From assembly GCA_965221125.1 (NCBI GenBank), contig CBDCRW010000003.1, forward strand, positions 256,001 to 320,000: a DNA stretch of 64,000 nucleotides, written 5' to 3'. Under the pieces are notes generated by a model. It searched no databases, was not told the origin of the DNA, and worked only from the letters and a program-made list of their open reading frames with translations. Source of the DNA: Alphaproteobacteria bacterium (lineage in GTDB: Bacteria > Pseudomonadota > Alphaproteobacteria > UBA828). Positions 39,876-50,349 of this stretch are shown here, one piece after another. The stretch's first letter is position 1. The number at the start of each line of letters is the position of its first letter. The position numbers and the translations under genes were made by a program.

Positions 39876-41054
39876 CTACCCGGCTCCGTCGATGACAGAG
39901 AGCGCCGCCTCGACGCCCGCGCCCACGTCGGCCTTGCCGCCCAGTGCCGCGATGGCGCCGCCGAGCGCGGTGACGGCGACGACGGCGTAGATCGGCCGGG
40001 CCACCGGCCCCATGTGGCCGATGCGCACCAGCTTGCCCATGAGCGAGCCGCGGCCCGCCGAGAACACCACGCCGTAGCGCCCGCGCGCCTCCCGCCGGAT
40101 CGCGTCGTCCGCGAGCCCCTCCGGCACCCGCACCGTCGTCGCGGTATCAGCGCAGATGGCCGCGCGCACCGGCCAGAGGTCGAGGCCGAGCGCACGGACG
40201 CCCGCGCGGCAGGCCCGCGCCGTCAGCGCGTGGCGCGCCCACACCGCCTCCGGCCCTTCGTCGAGGTAGTTCTGCACGGCCGCCTCCAGCGCATGGACCT
40301 CGGAGACGGACGGCGTGAAGGGGAACAGCACGTCCGCGCGCCAGGCGTCGCGCCAGTCCTTGAGGCTCAGCACGGAGGCCGTGGGCGCGGCGGGGTTGGC
40401 GTCGATCTTCGCCCAGGCGCACTCGCTCACGTGGACGATGGAGAGGCCGGTGCTGCCGCCCAGGCACTTGCTGGGGCTGGTCACGAAGACGTCGGCGTTC
40501 ACGTCTTCCGGGTGAATGTCCATGCCGCCAAAGGAGGAGACCGCGTCCACGATGGTGAGCACGTCGCGCTCGCGGCACAGCGCCCCGATCTCGCGCACCG
40601 GGTTGACGGTGCCGGACGGCGTATCGTGGTGGCAGACGGAGAGGATGCGGATGTCGGGCCGGGCCGCCAGCATCTGAGCCACCGCATCGGGATCGATGGC
40701 GTCGTCGTAGGGCACCTCGATCTCGAGCAGCTCGCGGCAATGGCGCGCGGCCCAGAAGCCGAACCCCTTGCCGTACTCGCCGGACGCCAGGTTCAGCACC
40801 ACGTCGTCGCCTGCGATCAGGGCGGCGGCGGCGGCTTCGAGGGCGAGCACCGGCTCGCCCTGCAGAATCACCGGCGGGCGCGCCGTCCGCAGCGCTTCGG
40901 CGGTCTTGAGAACGGTCGATTCGTAGAACCGCTGGAAGGAGGGATCGAAGTCGTAGGTGACCGGCCGCGCGAGCGCCCGCAGGACCGCGGGATAGGCGTC
41001 GACCGGGCCTGCGCTCAGCGTGATGACCGGGGGATCGTCGTCTGAATTTCGCAT
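39876..41054 (-). CDS. ppaT: Pyridoxamine-pyruvate aminotransferase-like class V aminotransferase
   Basis: ITLSAGPVDAYP, GEPVLALEAAAA, CHHDTPSGT, DAVSSFGG, SKCLG, FPFTPSVSE; close to the Mesorhizobium PPAT sequence as recalled; ATG 41054. Confidence 0.8.
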   Translation of the reverse strand: MRNSDDDPPVITLSAGPVDAYPAVLRALARPVTYDFDPSFQRFYESTVLKTAEALRTARPPVILQGEPVLALEAAAAALIAGDDVVLNLASGEYGKGFGFWAARHCRELLEIEVPYDDAIDPDAVAQMLAARPDIRILSVCHHDTPSGTVNPVREIGALCRERDVLTIVDAVSSFGGMDIHPEDVNADVFVTSPSKCLGGSTGLSIVHVSECAWAKIDANPAAPTASVLSLKDWRDAWRADVLFPFTPSVSEVHALEAAVQNYLDEGPEAVWARHALTARACRAGVRALGLDLWPVRAAICADTATTVRVPEGLADDAIRREARGRYGVVFSAGRGSLMGKLVRIGHMGPVARPIYAVVAVTALGGAIAALGGKADVGAGVEAALSVIDGAG

Positions 41055-41302
41055 TTTCCAGGCGCACTCAAGGGCTTGCACGGAGGCATCAGAATACCCC
41101 GGCGGATTGCCTTCCCCAAGGCGGTCCAAAGGTGCAATTATGACACCGGAGACGGGCCCGATTCGCGGGCACGCCGCCATGACGGCGGGGTATGAGAGGT
41201 CGTTTGACGCGCATGCCCTTTGTAGTACGTTTGTCATGCTGGTCTCGTGAGATTCAGGTCGCGCGACGGGCCGAAACGGTGAGCCGCCACGGAGAATGAG
41301 CC

Positions 41303-43216
41303 ATGCCGGAGACGCCGCATCTGGATCGCGTAAAGAGCCCGGAAGACCTACGCAACCTCTCCGTCAAGGAGCTGAAGAAGGTTGCCGAGGAGCTTCGGGC
41401 CGAGACGGTCGACGCGGTCTCGGTCACCGGCGGCCACCTGGGCGCCGGCCTTGGCGTGGTCGAGCTGACGGTGGCCCTCCACCACGTCTTCGACACGCCC
41501 CGCGACCGCCTGATCTGGGACGTGGGCCACCAGTCCTACCCGCACAAGATCATCACCGGCCGGCGTGACAAGATCCGCACCATCCGCCAGCCGGGTGGGC
41601 TCTACGGCTTCACCAAGCGGACCGAGAGCGACTACGACCCCTTCGGCGCGGCGCACTCGTCGACCTCGATCTCGGCCGGCCTCGGCATGGCGGTGGCGAG
41701 CGGGCTCACGGGCGAGCAGCGCAACGTCATCTGCGTCATCGGCGACGGCGCCATGTCCGGCGGCATGGCCTACGAGGCGATGAACAACGCGGGCTCCATG
41801 CTGCCGCGCCTCATCGTCATCCTCAACGACAACGAGATGTCGATCGCGCCGGCGGTGGGCGCGCTCAACGCCTATCTCTCGCGGCTGCTGTCGAGCCACC
41901 AGTTCCGCAGCCTGCGCGAGCTCGGCAAGCAGTGGGCGCGCCGGCTGCCCAAGGCGATGGGCGACGCCGCCATGCGGGCCGAGGAATATTCTCGCGGCAT
42001 GGTCACCGGCGGCACCCTCTTCGAGGAGCTGGGCTTCTTCTACATCGGGCCGATCGACGGCCATAACCTCGATCACCTCGTGCCGGTATTGCGCAACGTG
42101 CGCAAGGACGAGACGCCGGGGCCGGTGCTGCTCCACGTCGTCACCAGCAAGGGCAAGGGCTACGAGCCGGCCGAGAGCGCGCCGGACCGCGGCCACGCGC
42201 TCGGCAAGTTCGACGTGGTGACGGGCGAGCAGAAGAAGGGAACGCCCAAGGCGCCGAGCTACACCAGCGTGTTCGCCCAGAGCCTGATCAAGGAGGCGGA
42301 CCGCGACGAGAAGATCGTGGCGCTCACCGCCGCCATGCCGTCGGGCACTGGACTCGACAAGTTCGCGAAGGCGCACCCCGACCGCTGCTTCGACGTCGGC
42401 ATCGCCGAGCAGCACTGCGTCACCTTCGCGGCGGGGATGGCGACGGAAGGGCTCAGGCCCTTCGCGGCGATCTATTCGACCTTCCTCCAGCGGGCCTACG
42501 ACCAGATCGTGCACGACGTCGCGATCCAGAAGCTGCCGGTCCGCTTCGCCATCGACCGTGCGGGCCTCGTCGGCGCGGACGGGCCGACGCACGCGGGCAG
42601 CTTCGACATCACCTATCTCGCGACCCTGCCGGGCTTCGTCGTCATGGCGGCGGCCGACGAGGTCGAACTCGTCCACATGGTGCACACGGCGGCGAAGATC
42701 GACGACCGCCCGAGCGCCTTCCGCTACCCGCGCGGCGAGGGCGTCGGCGTGCCGCTGCCGGAGACGCCGAAGGAGCTCCCCATCGGCAAGGGGCGGATCG
42801 TCCGCGAGGGCACGGCGATCGCGATCCTCTCCCTCGGCGGCCGGCTGCAGGAGGCGCTCGGCGCGGCGGAGGAGCTGCAGACGCGGGGGCTGACCACGAC
42901 GGTCGCGGACGCCCGCTTCGCCAAGCCGCTCGACGAGGACCTCATCCGCCGGCTCGCGCGGGAGCACGAGGTGCTGATCACCATCGAGGAAGGCTCGATC
43001 GGCGGCTTCGGCGCGCACGTCATGCAGTTCCTCGCCACCGCGGGCTTCCTCGACGCCGGCCTCAGGATCAGGCCGATGCTGCTGCCTGACCGCTTCGTGG
43101 CCCACGGCACGCCCGCCGGCATGTACGAGGACGCAGGGCTGACCGCGGACAATATCGTCGACACGGCGCTCGCGGCGCTCGGCAGCAACTCGGCCACCCT
43201 GCCGCGCCGCGCCTGA
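41303..43216 (+). CDS. dxs: 1-deoxy-D-xylulose-5-phosphate synthase
   Basis: [29 protein letters not shown]...[19 protein letters not shown]. Confidence 0.97.
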   Translation: MPETPHLDRVKSPEDLRNLSVKELKKVAEELRAETVDAVSVTGGHLGAGLGVVELTVALHHVFDTPRDRLIWDVGHQSYPHKIITGRRDKIRTIRQPGGLYGFTKRTESDYDPFGAAHSSTSISAGLGMAVASGLTGEQRNVICVIGDGAMSGGMAYEAMNNAGSMLPRLIVILNDNEMSIAPAVGALNAYLSRLLSSHQFRSLRELGKQWARRLPKAMGDAAMRAEEYSRGMVTGGTLFEELGFFYIGPIDGHNLDHLVPVLRNVRKDETPGPVLLHVVTSKGKGYEPAESAPDRGHALGKFDVVTGEQKKGTPKAPSYTSVFAQSLIKEADRDEKIVALTAAMPSGTGLDKFAKAHPDRCFDVGIAEQHCVTFAAGMATEGLRPFAAIYSTFLQRAYDQIVHDVAIQKLPVRFAIDRAGLVGADGPTHAGSFDITYLATLPGFVVMAAADEVELVHMVHTAAKIDDRPSAFRYPRGEGVGVPLPETPKELPIGKGRIVREGTAIAILSLGGRLQEALGAAEELQTRGLTTTVADARFAKPLDEDLIRRLAREHEVLITIEEGSIGGFGAHVMQFLATAGFLDAGLRIRPMLLPDRFVAHGTPAGMYEDAGLTADNIVDTALAALGSNSATLPRRA

Positions 43217-43223
43217 CTCGCCC

Positions 43224-45215
43224 ATGGAGCTTGCACACGCCGGCGCAGACCGGCGAAGTGAGACCATCGCCCGCGAAGCGCCGGGCACCGTAGACGGCAC
43301 TATTCCCGCTCCCGCCCTGGAAGAGGTCATCGACGACGCGGCTGCCGGCCTGCGCGGGCTCCAGCGCGACGACGGCCACTGGGTGTTCGAGCTCGAGGCC
43401 GACGCGACCATTCCGGCCGAGTACATCCTCCTCAACCACTTCCTGGACGAGGTCGATCCCGAGACCGAAGCGCGGCTCGGCAATTACATCCGCAGCCGGC
43501 AGGGCGAAGACGGCGGCTGGCCGCTCTTCCACGGCGGCGCGTTCGACGTGAGCTGCACCGTCAAGGCCTACTACGCGCTGAAGCTGATCGGCGACGACCC
43601 GGACGCGCCGCACATGGCCCGCGCGCGCAACGCGGTGCTCGCCGCCGGCGGGGCGGCGCGGTGCAACGTGTTCACGCGGATCTGCCTCGCCCTCTTCGGC
43701 CAGGTGCCGTGGCGGGCCGTGCCGGCGATGCCGGTCGAGATCATGCTGCTGCCGCGCTGGTTCCCCTTCCACCTGAGCAAGGTCTCCTACTGGTCGCGCA
43801 CCACCATCGTGCCGCTCTCGATCCTGCTCGCGCTCAAGCCCCGGGCGAGAAATCCGCGCGGCGTCGGCATCGCGGAGCTGTTCACCACCCCGGCGGAGCG
43901 GGAATGGCACTACTTCCCGAGGCGCACCGTCACCGAGTGGATGTTCCTCACCCTCGACCGGGCGATCGCGCTCAGCGAGGGGCTGATGCCACGCGCGCTG
44001 CGCCGGAGGGCCATCGACAAGGCGCTCGACTGGTGCATGACGCGGCTCAACGGCGAGGACGGGCTCGGCGCGATCTTCCCGCCGATGGCCAACCTGCTCA
44101 TGGCCTTAGACACGCTGGGCTACCCGGCGGAGCATCCGGCGCGCCAGACCGCCCGGCGCGCTTTGGACCTCCTGCTGGTCGATCCGGTCAACGGCAGCCA
44201 GTATTGCCAGCCCTGCGTCTCGCCGGTCTGGGATACCGGCCTTGCCGCGCTCAGCCTGATGGAGTGCCGCACGGAGGACGAGCAGCGGGCGGCGGAGACC
44301 TCGCTTCCCTGGCTCGCCGACCTCCAGGTCCTCGATGTCGAAGGGGACTGGACGGCGGAGCGGCCCGACACGCCGTCGGGGGGCTGGGCCTTTCAGTATC
44401 GCAACGACCACTACCCGGACGTGGACGACACGGCGGTCGTGGGCATGGCGCTCCACCGCGCCGATCCGCAAGCGCACGGGGAGGCGATCGACCGGGCGGC
44501 CGCCTGGATCGTCGGCATGCAGAACGAGAACGGCGGCTGGGGCGCCTTCGACGCCGAGAACGAGCACTTCTACCTCAACCGAATCCCCTTCGCCGATCAC
44601 GGCGCGCTCCTCGACCCCGCCACCGCGGACGTGAGCGCCCGCTGCGTGAGCTTCCTCTGCCAGATCGGCTATGCGCGCGAGCACGACACGGTGGCGCGGG
44701 GCGTCGCCTATCTCCTCGCCGAGCAGGAGGAGGACGGCTCCTGGTTCGGCCGCTGGGGAACCAACTACATCTACGGCACCTGGTCGGTGCTCTGCGCGCT
44801 GAACGCCGCCGGCGTCGACCCGTCATCGTCGGCCATCCGCAAGGCGGTGGCCTGGCTCGAAGCCAGGCAGCGCGCCGACGGCGGCTGGGGCGAGACCGGC
44901 GACAGCTACTACGGCGAGCGCATCGAGAACTCCTTCGACGTGTGCTCGACCCCGTCGCAGACCGCGTGGGCCGTGCTCGCCCTGATGGCCGTGGGCGAAG
45001 TCGGGAGCGACGCGGTGCGGCGCGGCGTCACTTACCTCTGCAATGCGGAGCGGCAGGGGGCGAAGTGGCTGGAAGACGAGTTCACCGCAGTCGGCTTCCC
45101 ACGCGTCTTCTACCTCCGCTACCACGGCTACAGCGCCTACTTCCCGCTCTGGGCGCTGGCGCGTTACCGCGCGCTGGCGAGCGGCAACGATCACCGCCCG
45201 CGCTACGGCATGTAG
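43224..45215 (+). CDS. shc: Squalene-hopene cyclase
   Basis: YPDVDDTA, multiple QW repeats, SPVWDT, RWGTNYIYGT, GFPRVFYLRYHGY. Confidence 0.96.
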   Translation: MELAHAGADRRSETIAREAPGTVDGTIPAPALEEVIDDAAAGLRGLQRDDGHWVFELEADATIPAEYILLNHFLDEVDPETEARLGNYIRSRQGEDGGWPLFHGGAFDVSCTVKAYYALKLIGDDPDAPHMARARNAVLAAGGAARCNVFTRICLALFGQVPWRAVPAMPVEIMLLPRWFPFHLSKVSYWSRTTIVPLSILLALKPRARNPRGVGIAELFTTPAEREWHYFPRRTVTEWMFLTLDRAIALSEGLMPRALRRRAIDKALDWCMTRLNGEDGLGAIFPPMANLLMALDTLGYPAEHPARQTARRALDLLLVDPVNGSQYCQPCVSPVWDTGLAALSLMECRTEDEQRAAETSLPWLADLQVLDVEGDWTAERPDTPSGGWAFQYRNDHYPDVDDTAVVGMALHRADPQAHGEAIDRAAAWIVGMQNENGGWGAFDAENEHFYLNRIPFADHGALLDPATADVSARCVSFLCQIGYAREHDTVARGVAYLLAEQEEDGSWFGRWGTNYIYGTWSVLCALNAAGVDPSSSAIRKAVAWLEARQRADGGWGETGDSYYGERIENSFDVCSTPSQTAWAVLALMAVGEVGSDAVRRGVTYLCNAERQGAKWLEDEFTAVGFPRVFYLRYHGYSAYFPLWALARYRALASGNDHRPRYGM

Positions 45216-45241
45216 CCACAAGGCTGCTGACCGGGCGCGCG

Positions 45242-46024
45242 ATGGCTGACCGGCCCCGCATCGGCGTCATCACGGGGCTGGCCGCGGAGGCCGCGACACT
45301 TCCCGAGGACTCTTTCCAGATCGCGGTCTCCGCCGCCAATTCCGCACGTGCCGAACAGGCGGCCGAGGCCATGATCGCGGGCGGTGCTGCGCTTCTGGTG
45401 AGCTACGGCTTCGCCGCCGGGCTCGACCCGCGCTTAGGCCCCGGCGCCCTGCTGCTGCCCGAGGCGGTGATCGCCCACGAAGGCAAGGTCGAGACGCCGG
45501 ATCGCGGCGGCGTGCGCGACCAGCTGAGCCGGATGACCTCCTTCAAGCCGAGGGAGGGGCCGGGGGCGCCGGAGCCGCCCCCGCCAGAAGCCTATATGGC
45601 GGTGGACGCGCACGTCCGCGACAGGCTGAGCCGGGGCCTGGACATGCGGGTCGAAGGCGGCGCGATCGCCGGCGTCGACCGGCCGCTGGTGCGCCCCGAC
45701 GAGAAGCTCGCGCTCTTCGCGCAGACCCGTGCCAAGGCCGCGGACATGGAGAGCCACGTCGTCGCCCGCACTGCTGCGGCGGCCGGCGTGCCCTTCGTGG
45801 TGATCCGCGCCATCAGCGACCCGAGCAACCGGGCGCTTCCGCGCGCCGCCGTGGTCGGGATCACGCAAGAGGGCCGGATCGACGCCGGTGCGGTCGCGGT
45901 CGCGCTGCTGAGAAGCCCGTGGGAATGTACCGACATGCTGACGCTCGCGCTCGACGGGGCGCAGGCGATGCACCGGCTACGCCGCGTTGGTCGCCGGGCG
46001 GCGCCCCTTCTCTTGCGCCTCTGA
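45242..46024 (+). CDS. hpnG: Hopanoid-associated nucleosidase/phosphorylase
   Basis: ATG 45242; GLAAEA, SYGFAAGLDP, ADMESH, IRAISDP; directly after shc. Confidence 0.8.
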   Translation: MADRPRIGVITGLAAEAATLPEDSFQIAVSAANSARAEQAAEAMIAGGAALLVSYGFAAGLDPRLGPGALLLPEAVIAHEGKVETPDRGGVRDQLSRMTSFKPREGPGAPEPPPPEAYMAVDAHVRDRLSRGLDMRVEGGAIAGVDRPLVRPDEKLALFAQTRAKAADMESHVVARTAAAAGVPFVVIRAISDPSNRALPRAAVVGITQEGRIDAGAVAVALLRSPWECTDMLTLALDGAQAMHRLRRVGRRAAPLLLRL

Positions 46025-47149
46025 CGCGGCTTCCTCGGCGAGGCGGATTTCGCGCAGCTTCTCCTGCACGTGCCGGTCGAACATGTACTGGGCCGGACGG
46101 GCCTTGCCGAGGTCGATCTCCGGCACCATCGGGCCGGTCGTCCTGATCCCGCGCAGCTTCACCAGCAGGGCCGCCCAGGGCCGGGCGAGCGAATGCTCCG
46201 CCGCCGTCGGCTCGTAGCCGCAGTGGACCATGCAGTCCGCGCACTTCTCGTAGCGCCCGGTGCCGTAGGAGTCCCAGTCGGTCTCCTCCATGAGCGCGCG
46301 GAAGCTGCCGGCATACCCCTCGCCGATCAGGTAGCAGGGCTTCTGCCAGCCGAAGACGTTGCGGGTGGGGTTGCCCCAGGGCGTGCACTGGAAATCCTGG
46401 TTCCCGGCGAGGAAGTCGAGGAAGAGGCTCGACTGGCTGAAGCGCCACTTCTTGCCCGCGCCGCGTGCGAAGATGTCGCGGAACAGCTCCTTGGTCTTGG
46501 TGCGGTTGAGGAAGTGCTGCTGGTCGGGCGCGCGCTCGTAGGAGTAGCCGGGCGAGACCGTGATCGCCTCGACGCCGAGCTCGTCCGTCGCGAAGTCGAA
46601 GAACGCCGCGAGCCGCTCCGCCGGGTGGCCGTCGAACACGGTGGCGTTGACGTTGACGCGGAAGCCCCGCCTCCGCGCCTCCTTGATCGCCGCCACCGCG
46701 CGCTTGAATGTGCCGGGCTGATCGACCGCGTGGTCGTGCTCCTCCTCCAGCCCGTCGAGGTGGACCGAGAAGGTCAGGTACTTCGTCGGTGTGAAGAGAT
46801 CGAGCTTCTTCTTGAGCAGCAGCGCGTTCGTGCAGAGATAGACGAACTTCTTGCGCGCGATGATTTCGGCGACGATCTCGCCGATCTCCGGATGGATCAG
46901 AGGCTCGCCGCCGGGGATCGAGACCATCGGTGCGCCGCATTCGTCCACTGCCTCGAGGCACTCGGCCACGCTCAGGCGCTGGTTCAGGATCTCGGGCGGG
47001 TAGTCGATCTTGCCGCATCCGGGGCAGGCGAGGTTGCAGCGGAAGAGCGGCTCCAGCATCAGCACCAGGGGATAGCGCTTCTCGCCCGCGAGCTTCCTGC
47101 CGACGATGTAGGCGCCGACGCGTATCTTCTGGATCAGCGGGACGGACAC
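45977..47149 (-). CDS. hpnH: Adenosylhopane-forming radical SAM enzyme
   Basis: LMLEPLFRCNLACPGCGKI, CTPWGNPTRNVFGWQKPCY, KCADCMVHCGYE. Confidence 0.93.
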   Translation of the reverse strand: MSVPLIQKIRVGAYIVGRKLAGEKRYPLVLMLEPLFRCNLACPGCGKIDYPPEILNQRLSVAECLEAVDECGAPMVSIPGGEPLIHPEIGEIVAEIIARKKFVYLCTNALLLKKKLDLFTPTKYLTFSVHLDGLEEEHDHAVDQPGTFKRAVAAIKEARRRGFRVNVNATVFDGHPAERLAAFFDFATDELGVEAITVSPGYSYERAPDQQHFLNRTKTKELFRDIFARGAGKKWRFSQSSLFLDFLAGNQDFQCTPWGNPTRNVFGWQKPCYLIGEGYAGSFRALMEETDWDSYGTGRYEKCADCMVHCGYEPTAAEHSLARPWAALLVKLRGIRTTGPMVPEIDLGKARPAQYMFDRHVQEKLREIRLAEEAASEAQEKGRRPATNAA

Positions 47150-47179
47150 GATGCCACTCTCACCCGCGGGCCCGGACCC

Positions 47180-48160
47180 TCAGCCACCGGATGCGCTGGC
47201 CTCGACCAGCTCGGCCGGCAGCTTGAAGCGCACGCGCTCCTGGATCCCGTCCTGGATCTGGAGCTCGACCGTGTTGATCTCCCGCAGCCGGGCGACCAGG
47301 TCCTGCACCAGCTCCTCCGGCGCCGATGCGCCGGCGGTCACGCCCACGCGGCGCACGCCGTCGAACCACGTGGGGTCGAGGTCGCGGGCATCGTCGATCA
47401 GGTGGGTCGGCACGCCCATCTCCTCGCCGATCTCCCGCAGCCGGTTGGAATTCGAGCTGTTGCGCGCGCCCACCACGAGGATCAACTCGACCTCCTCGGC
47501 GAGCTTGCGCACCGAGGCTTGCCGGTTCTGCGTCGCGTAGCAGATGTCCTTCACGTCGGGGCCGGAGATGCTCGGGAAGCGCGAGGTCAGCGCCTCGATC
47601 ACGTCGCGGGTGTCGTCGACGCTGAGCGTGGTCTGCGTGACGTAGGCGACCTTCTCGGGGTTCGCCACCTCGAGCCTGGAGACGTCGTCCGGCGTGGCGA
47701 CGATGTGGACGCCGTTCTTCACGCGCCCGCTGGTGCCCTCCACCTCGGGATGGCCGTCGTGGCCGATGAGGATGATCTCGCGCCCCTCGCGCTCGTAGCG
47801 CCGCGCCTCGATGTGGACCTTGGCGACCAGCGGGCAGGTCGCGTCGATCACCGGCAGGTTGCGGTGCCCGGCCTCGCTCTCCACCTTCTCCGAGACGCCG
47901 TGGGCGCTGAAGATGGTGACGGCGCCTTCGGGCACCTCGTCGATCTCCTCGACGAAGACCGCGCCCTTCTTGCGCAGGTCGTCGACCACCCGCTTGTTGT
48001 GCACGATCTCGTGGCGGACGTAGACCGGCGGCCCGAAAACTTCAAGCGCGCGCTCGACGATCTCGATGGCTCGCTCGACGCCGGCGCAGAAGCCCCGGGG
48101 CTCCGCCAGAATGACCTGCATGCTGCCCTTCTCGCCCACGCCAGGCTCCTGCTCCATCAT
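47180..48160 (-). CDS. ispH: 4-hydroxy-3-methylbut-2-enyl diphosphate reductase (alternative start 48121)
   Basis: [48 protein letters not shown]. Confidence 0.96.
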   Translation of the reverse strand: MMEQEPGVGEKGSMQVILAEPRGFCAGVERAIEIVERALEVFGPPVYVRHEIVHNKRVVDDLRKKGAVFVEEIDEVPEGAVTIFSAHGVSEKVESEAGHRNLPVIDATCPLVAKVHIEARRYEREGREIILIGHDGHPEVEGTSGRVKNGVHIVATPDDVSRLEVANPEKVAYVTQTTLSVDDTRDVIEALTSRFPSISGPDVKDICYATQNRQASVRKLAEEVELILVVGARNSSNSNRLREIGEEMGVPTHLIDDARDLDPTWFDGVRRVGVTAGASAPEELVQDLVARLREINTVELQIQDGIQERVRFKLPAELVEASASGG

Positions 48161-48282
48161 GGGGTTACTCCGGGCGGGACGGTCGACTCCGCGCCTGGAG
48201 CACGCGCCTCACCCTATCGCAGACGCGCGACTCCGGCAACAATCCGCTTCCGTGTCCCAGCGACGAACGAGGTCGGAGGCTC

Positions 48283-48624
48283 ATGTCCCACGTCGCCGTC
48301 TGCGTGACCGCGCCGAGCCAGGCCGAAGCCGAGGCCATCGGGCGCGCCGTGGTGGAGGCGCGGCTTGCGGCATCGGTCAACATCGTGCCGGGCGTCTCCT
48401 CCCTCTACTGGTGGGAAGGAGCGGTGCGCGAAGCCGGCGAAGCCATGCTCTGGATGAAGACCCGCGCCGATCTCGTCGCGCCGCTCACGGCCAGGGTCAA
48501 GGCGCTGCACAGCTACGCCTGCCCCTGCGTGATCGCGCTCCCCATCACGGGCGGCAACGCCGACTACCTCGCCTGGATCGACGCCGAGACCGGGCCTGCA
48601 CCGCTCGAACCTGACCCTGAGTGA
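48283..48624 (+). CDS. cutA: Divalent-cation tolerance protein CutA
   Basis: RLAASVNI, SLYWWEG, HSYACP, YLAWI. Confidence 0.9.
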   Translation: MSHVAVCVTAPSQAEAEAIGRAVVEARLAASVNIVPGVSSLYWWEGAVREAGEAMLWMKTRADLVAPLTARVKALHSYACPCVIALPITGGNADYLAWIDAETGPAPLEPDPE

Positions 48625-48643
48625 CGCTGGGCTGGCAGGCCCA

Positions 48644-49021
48644 TCACCATTGCCGGTCCACAGCGATGGCGTCGAACACCTCGTCGACCGAGACCAGCGG
48701 GCAGTTCTCCAGCCGGGACTGGGCCGCGAGGAGTCGGTCCCACGGGTCGCGGTGCGCCCAATCGAGCTGCGCCGCATACTCGGCGTGCTCGTGGGTGATG
48801 GGGAGGTCCTCGACCGCGTTGCGCCTGAGCGCGGCGCGCAACTCCTGCGGCGGCAGGGCGATGCGGCTGCGCTGCGCCTTCCACTCAAGCTCGTAGATGG
48901 AGACGGCGCTGACGAGCACGGCGTTCCCGCGATCGAGAATCAGTCCCCTGGCGGTCGCGGACAGTCTCCGGCTGCCCGCGACCCACCAGTAGACGGCATG
49001 GCTGTCGAGAAGCAGCCTCAC
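48644..49021 (-). CDS. PIN-domain toxin (VapC-like)
   Basis: LLLDSHAVYW, SAVSIYE, HRDPWDRLLAAQ. Confidence 0.88.
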   Translation of the reverse strand: MRLLLDSHAVYWWVAGSRRLSATARGLILDRGNAVLVSAVSIYELEWKAQRSRIALPPQELRAALRRNAVEDLPITHEHAEYAAQLDWAHRDPWDRLLAAQSRLENCPLVSVDEVFDAIAVDRQW

Positions 49022-49299
49022 GAAGCCTTCGGCGGACCCCGCCAGATGCCCAGCGCGTCGCTGAATTCGCCGGCGTCGATTGCGGCCTGCTCCGGATCCT
49101 CGTGGTCGAAGAGGTCATCCGGCAGGTTGAGGTGCTTGAGCGGCGCGGCTTCGCGTTGCGCAGCCTCGGCCGGCGGGACGATGCGCGCCTGTGGTTCGCT
49201 ACCCTTGGTGATCATGATTTCCTCGCCCTCTTTCGCGCGCGCCAGCAAGCTCGAGAAGCTGGCGCGGGCTTCGGCAACCTTGAAAATCTTGGTCGGCAT
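49018..49299 (-). CDS. Phd/YefM-family antitoxin
   Basis: ATG 49299; VAEARASFSSLLARAKEGEEIMITK...ARIVP; overlaps the toxin start. Confidence 0.85.
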   Translation of the reverse strand: MPTKIFKVAEARASFSSLLARAKEGEEIMITKGSEPQARIVPPAEAAQREAAPLKHLNLPDDLFDHEDPEQAAIDAGEFSDALGIWRGPPKAS

Positions 49300-49476
49300 G
49301 CTCCGATTCCCCTCGTGCGCGCCGGGACCGACGACGGCGCCCGCTCCATTCCCACCTCTATGTACAACATAGTTGGTCATATTCCAAGCACAATCGGCAA
49401 GACCCTCTCCGGCGCACGCAGATTGACGGCGGCGGCTGGGTAATCATGATGCCACGGCAAGCAGCGCGGGGGCGGC

Positions 49477-50349
49477 ATGATCTACGACGAGCCGGTGTTC
49501 AGGACGCTGGGCGACACCGCCATCAACGTCGAGTTCGGCGACGAGACCAGCATCCCGCTCAACTTCCGCATCCTGGCGCTCGACTTCGCGCTACGCGAGC
49601 ACGCGCCCGAGGGGCTGGTCGAGACCAACCCGCAGGTGCGCACCCTCGGCCTCGTCTTCGACCCGCTCAGCACCACGCGCGCTCGCATCGTCGCCCACGT
49701 GAAGGAACTCATCGCCGCTCAGGGGACGGTCTCGACGCTGCCGAGCCGGCGCGTCATCATCCCGGCGCTCTACGACGACCCCTGGTCGCGGGAATGCGCC
49801 GAAGCCTTCGGCGTCCGCAACAACATCGAGTACATCGCCGCGTTCAACGGCATGACGGTCGCGCAAGTGATCGAGACCCACACGGCCTGCGACTACTGGG
49901 TCACCGGCGTGGGCTTCGTCCCCGGCGCCTTCATGTCCTACGCCATGGAGCCCGAAAAACGCTTCGGCGCACCGCTCTACCGCACGCCCCGCACCTGGAC
50001 CCACGCGAGGCTGCTCAACTTCGGCGGCGCCACGTCGACCATCTATCCGATCCGCGTGCCGGGCGGCGGCCAGCTCTTCGGCCGCACGCCGATCGAGATC
50101 TTCGATCCGAGGGAGCTGAGCCCCGCCTTCGCCGACGGCCCAGTGCTCGCACGCGCGGGCGACCGCCACCGCTACGAATCCATCGGGCGGGAGGAGTACG
50201 ACGCGATCCGCGCAGAGGTCGGGGCCGGCACCTACGAATACCGGGTCGAGGAGGGAACCTTCGACTGCGCGGGCTACGTCGATTGGCTGGCCGGGATCGG
50301 GGAGCCGGCCGAGAAGCGCGACCCCGAGAGCACGTGGGGGCCGGCCTGA
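49477..50349 (+). CDS. Carboxyltransferase CT_C_D domain protein (PxpB/allophanate hydrolase subunit 1-like)
   Basis: LGDTAINVEFG, GFVPG, PRTWT, IYPIRVPGGGQLFGRTP. Confidence 0.8.
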   Translation: MIYDEPVFRTLGDTAINVEFGDETSIPLNFRILALDFALREHAPEGLVETNPQVRTLGLVFDPLSTTRARIVAHVKELIAAQGTVSTLPSRRVIIPALYDDPWSRECAEAFGVRNNIEYIAAFNGMTVAQVIETHTACDYWVTGVGFVPGAFMSYAMEPEKRFGAPLYRTPRTWTHARLLNFGGATSTIYPIRVPGGGQLFGRTPIEIFDPRELSPAFADGPVLARAGDRHRYESIGREEYDAIRAEVGAGTYEYRVEEGTFDCAGYVDWLAGIGEPAEKRDPESTWGPA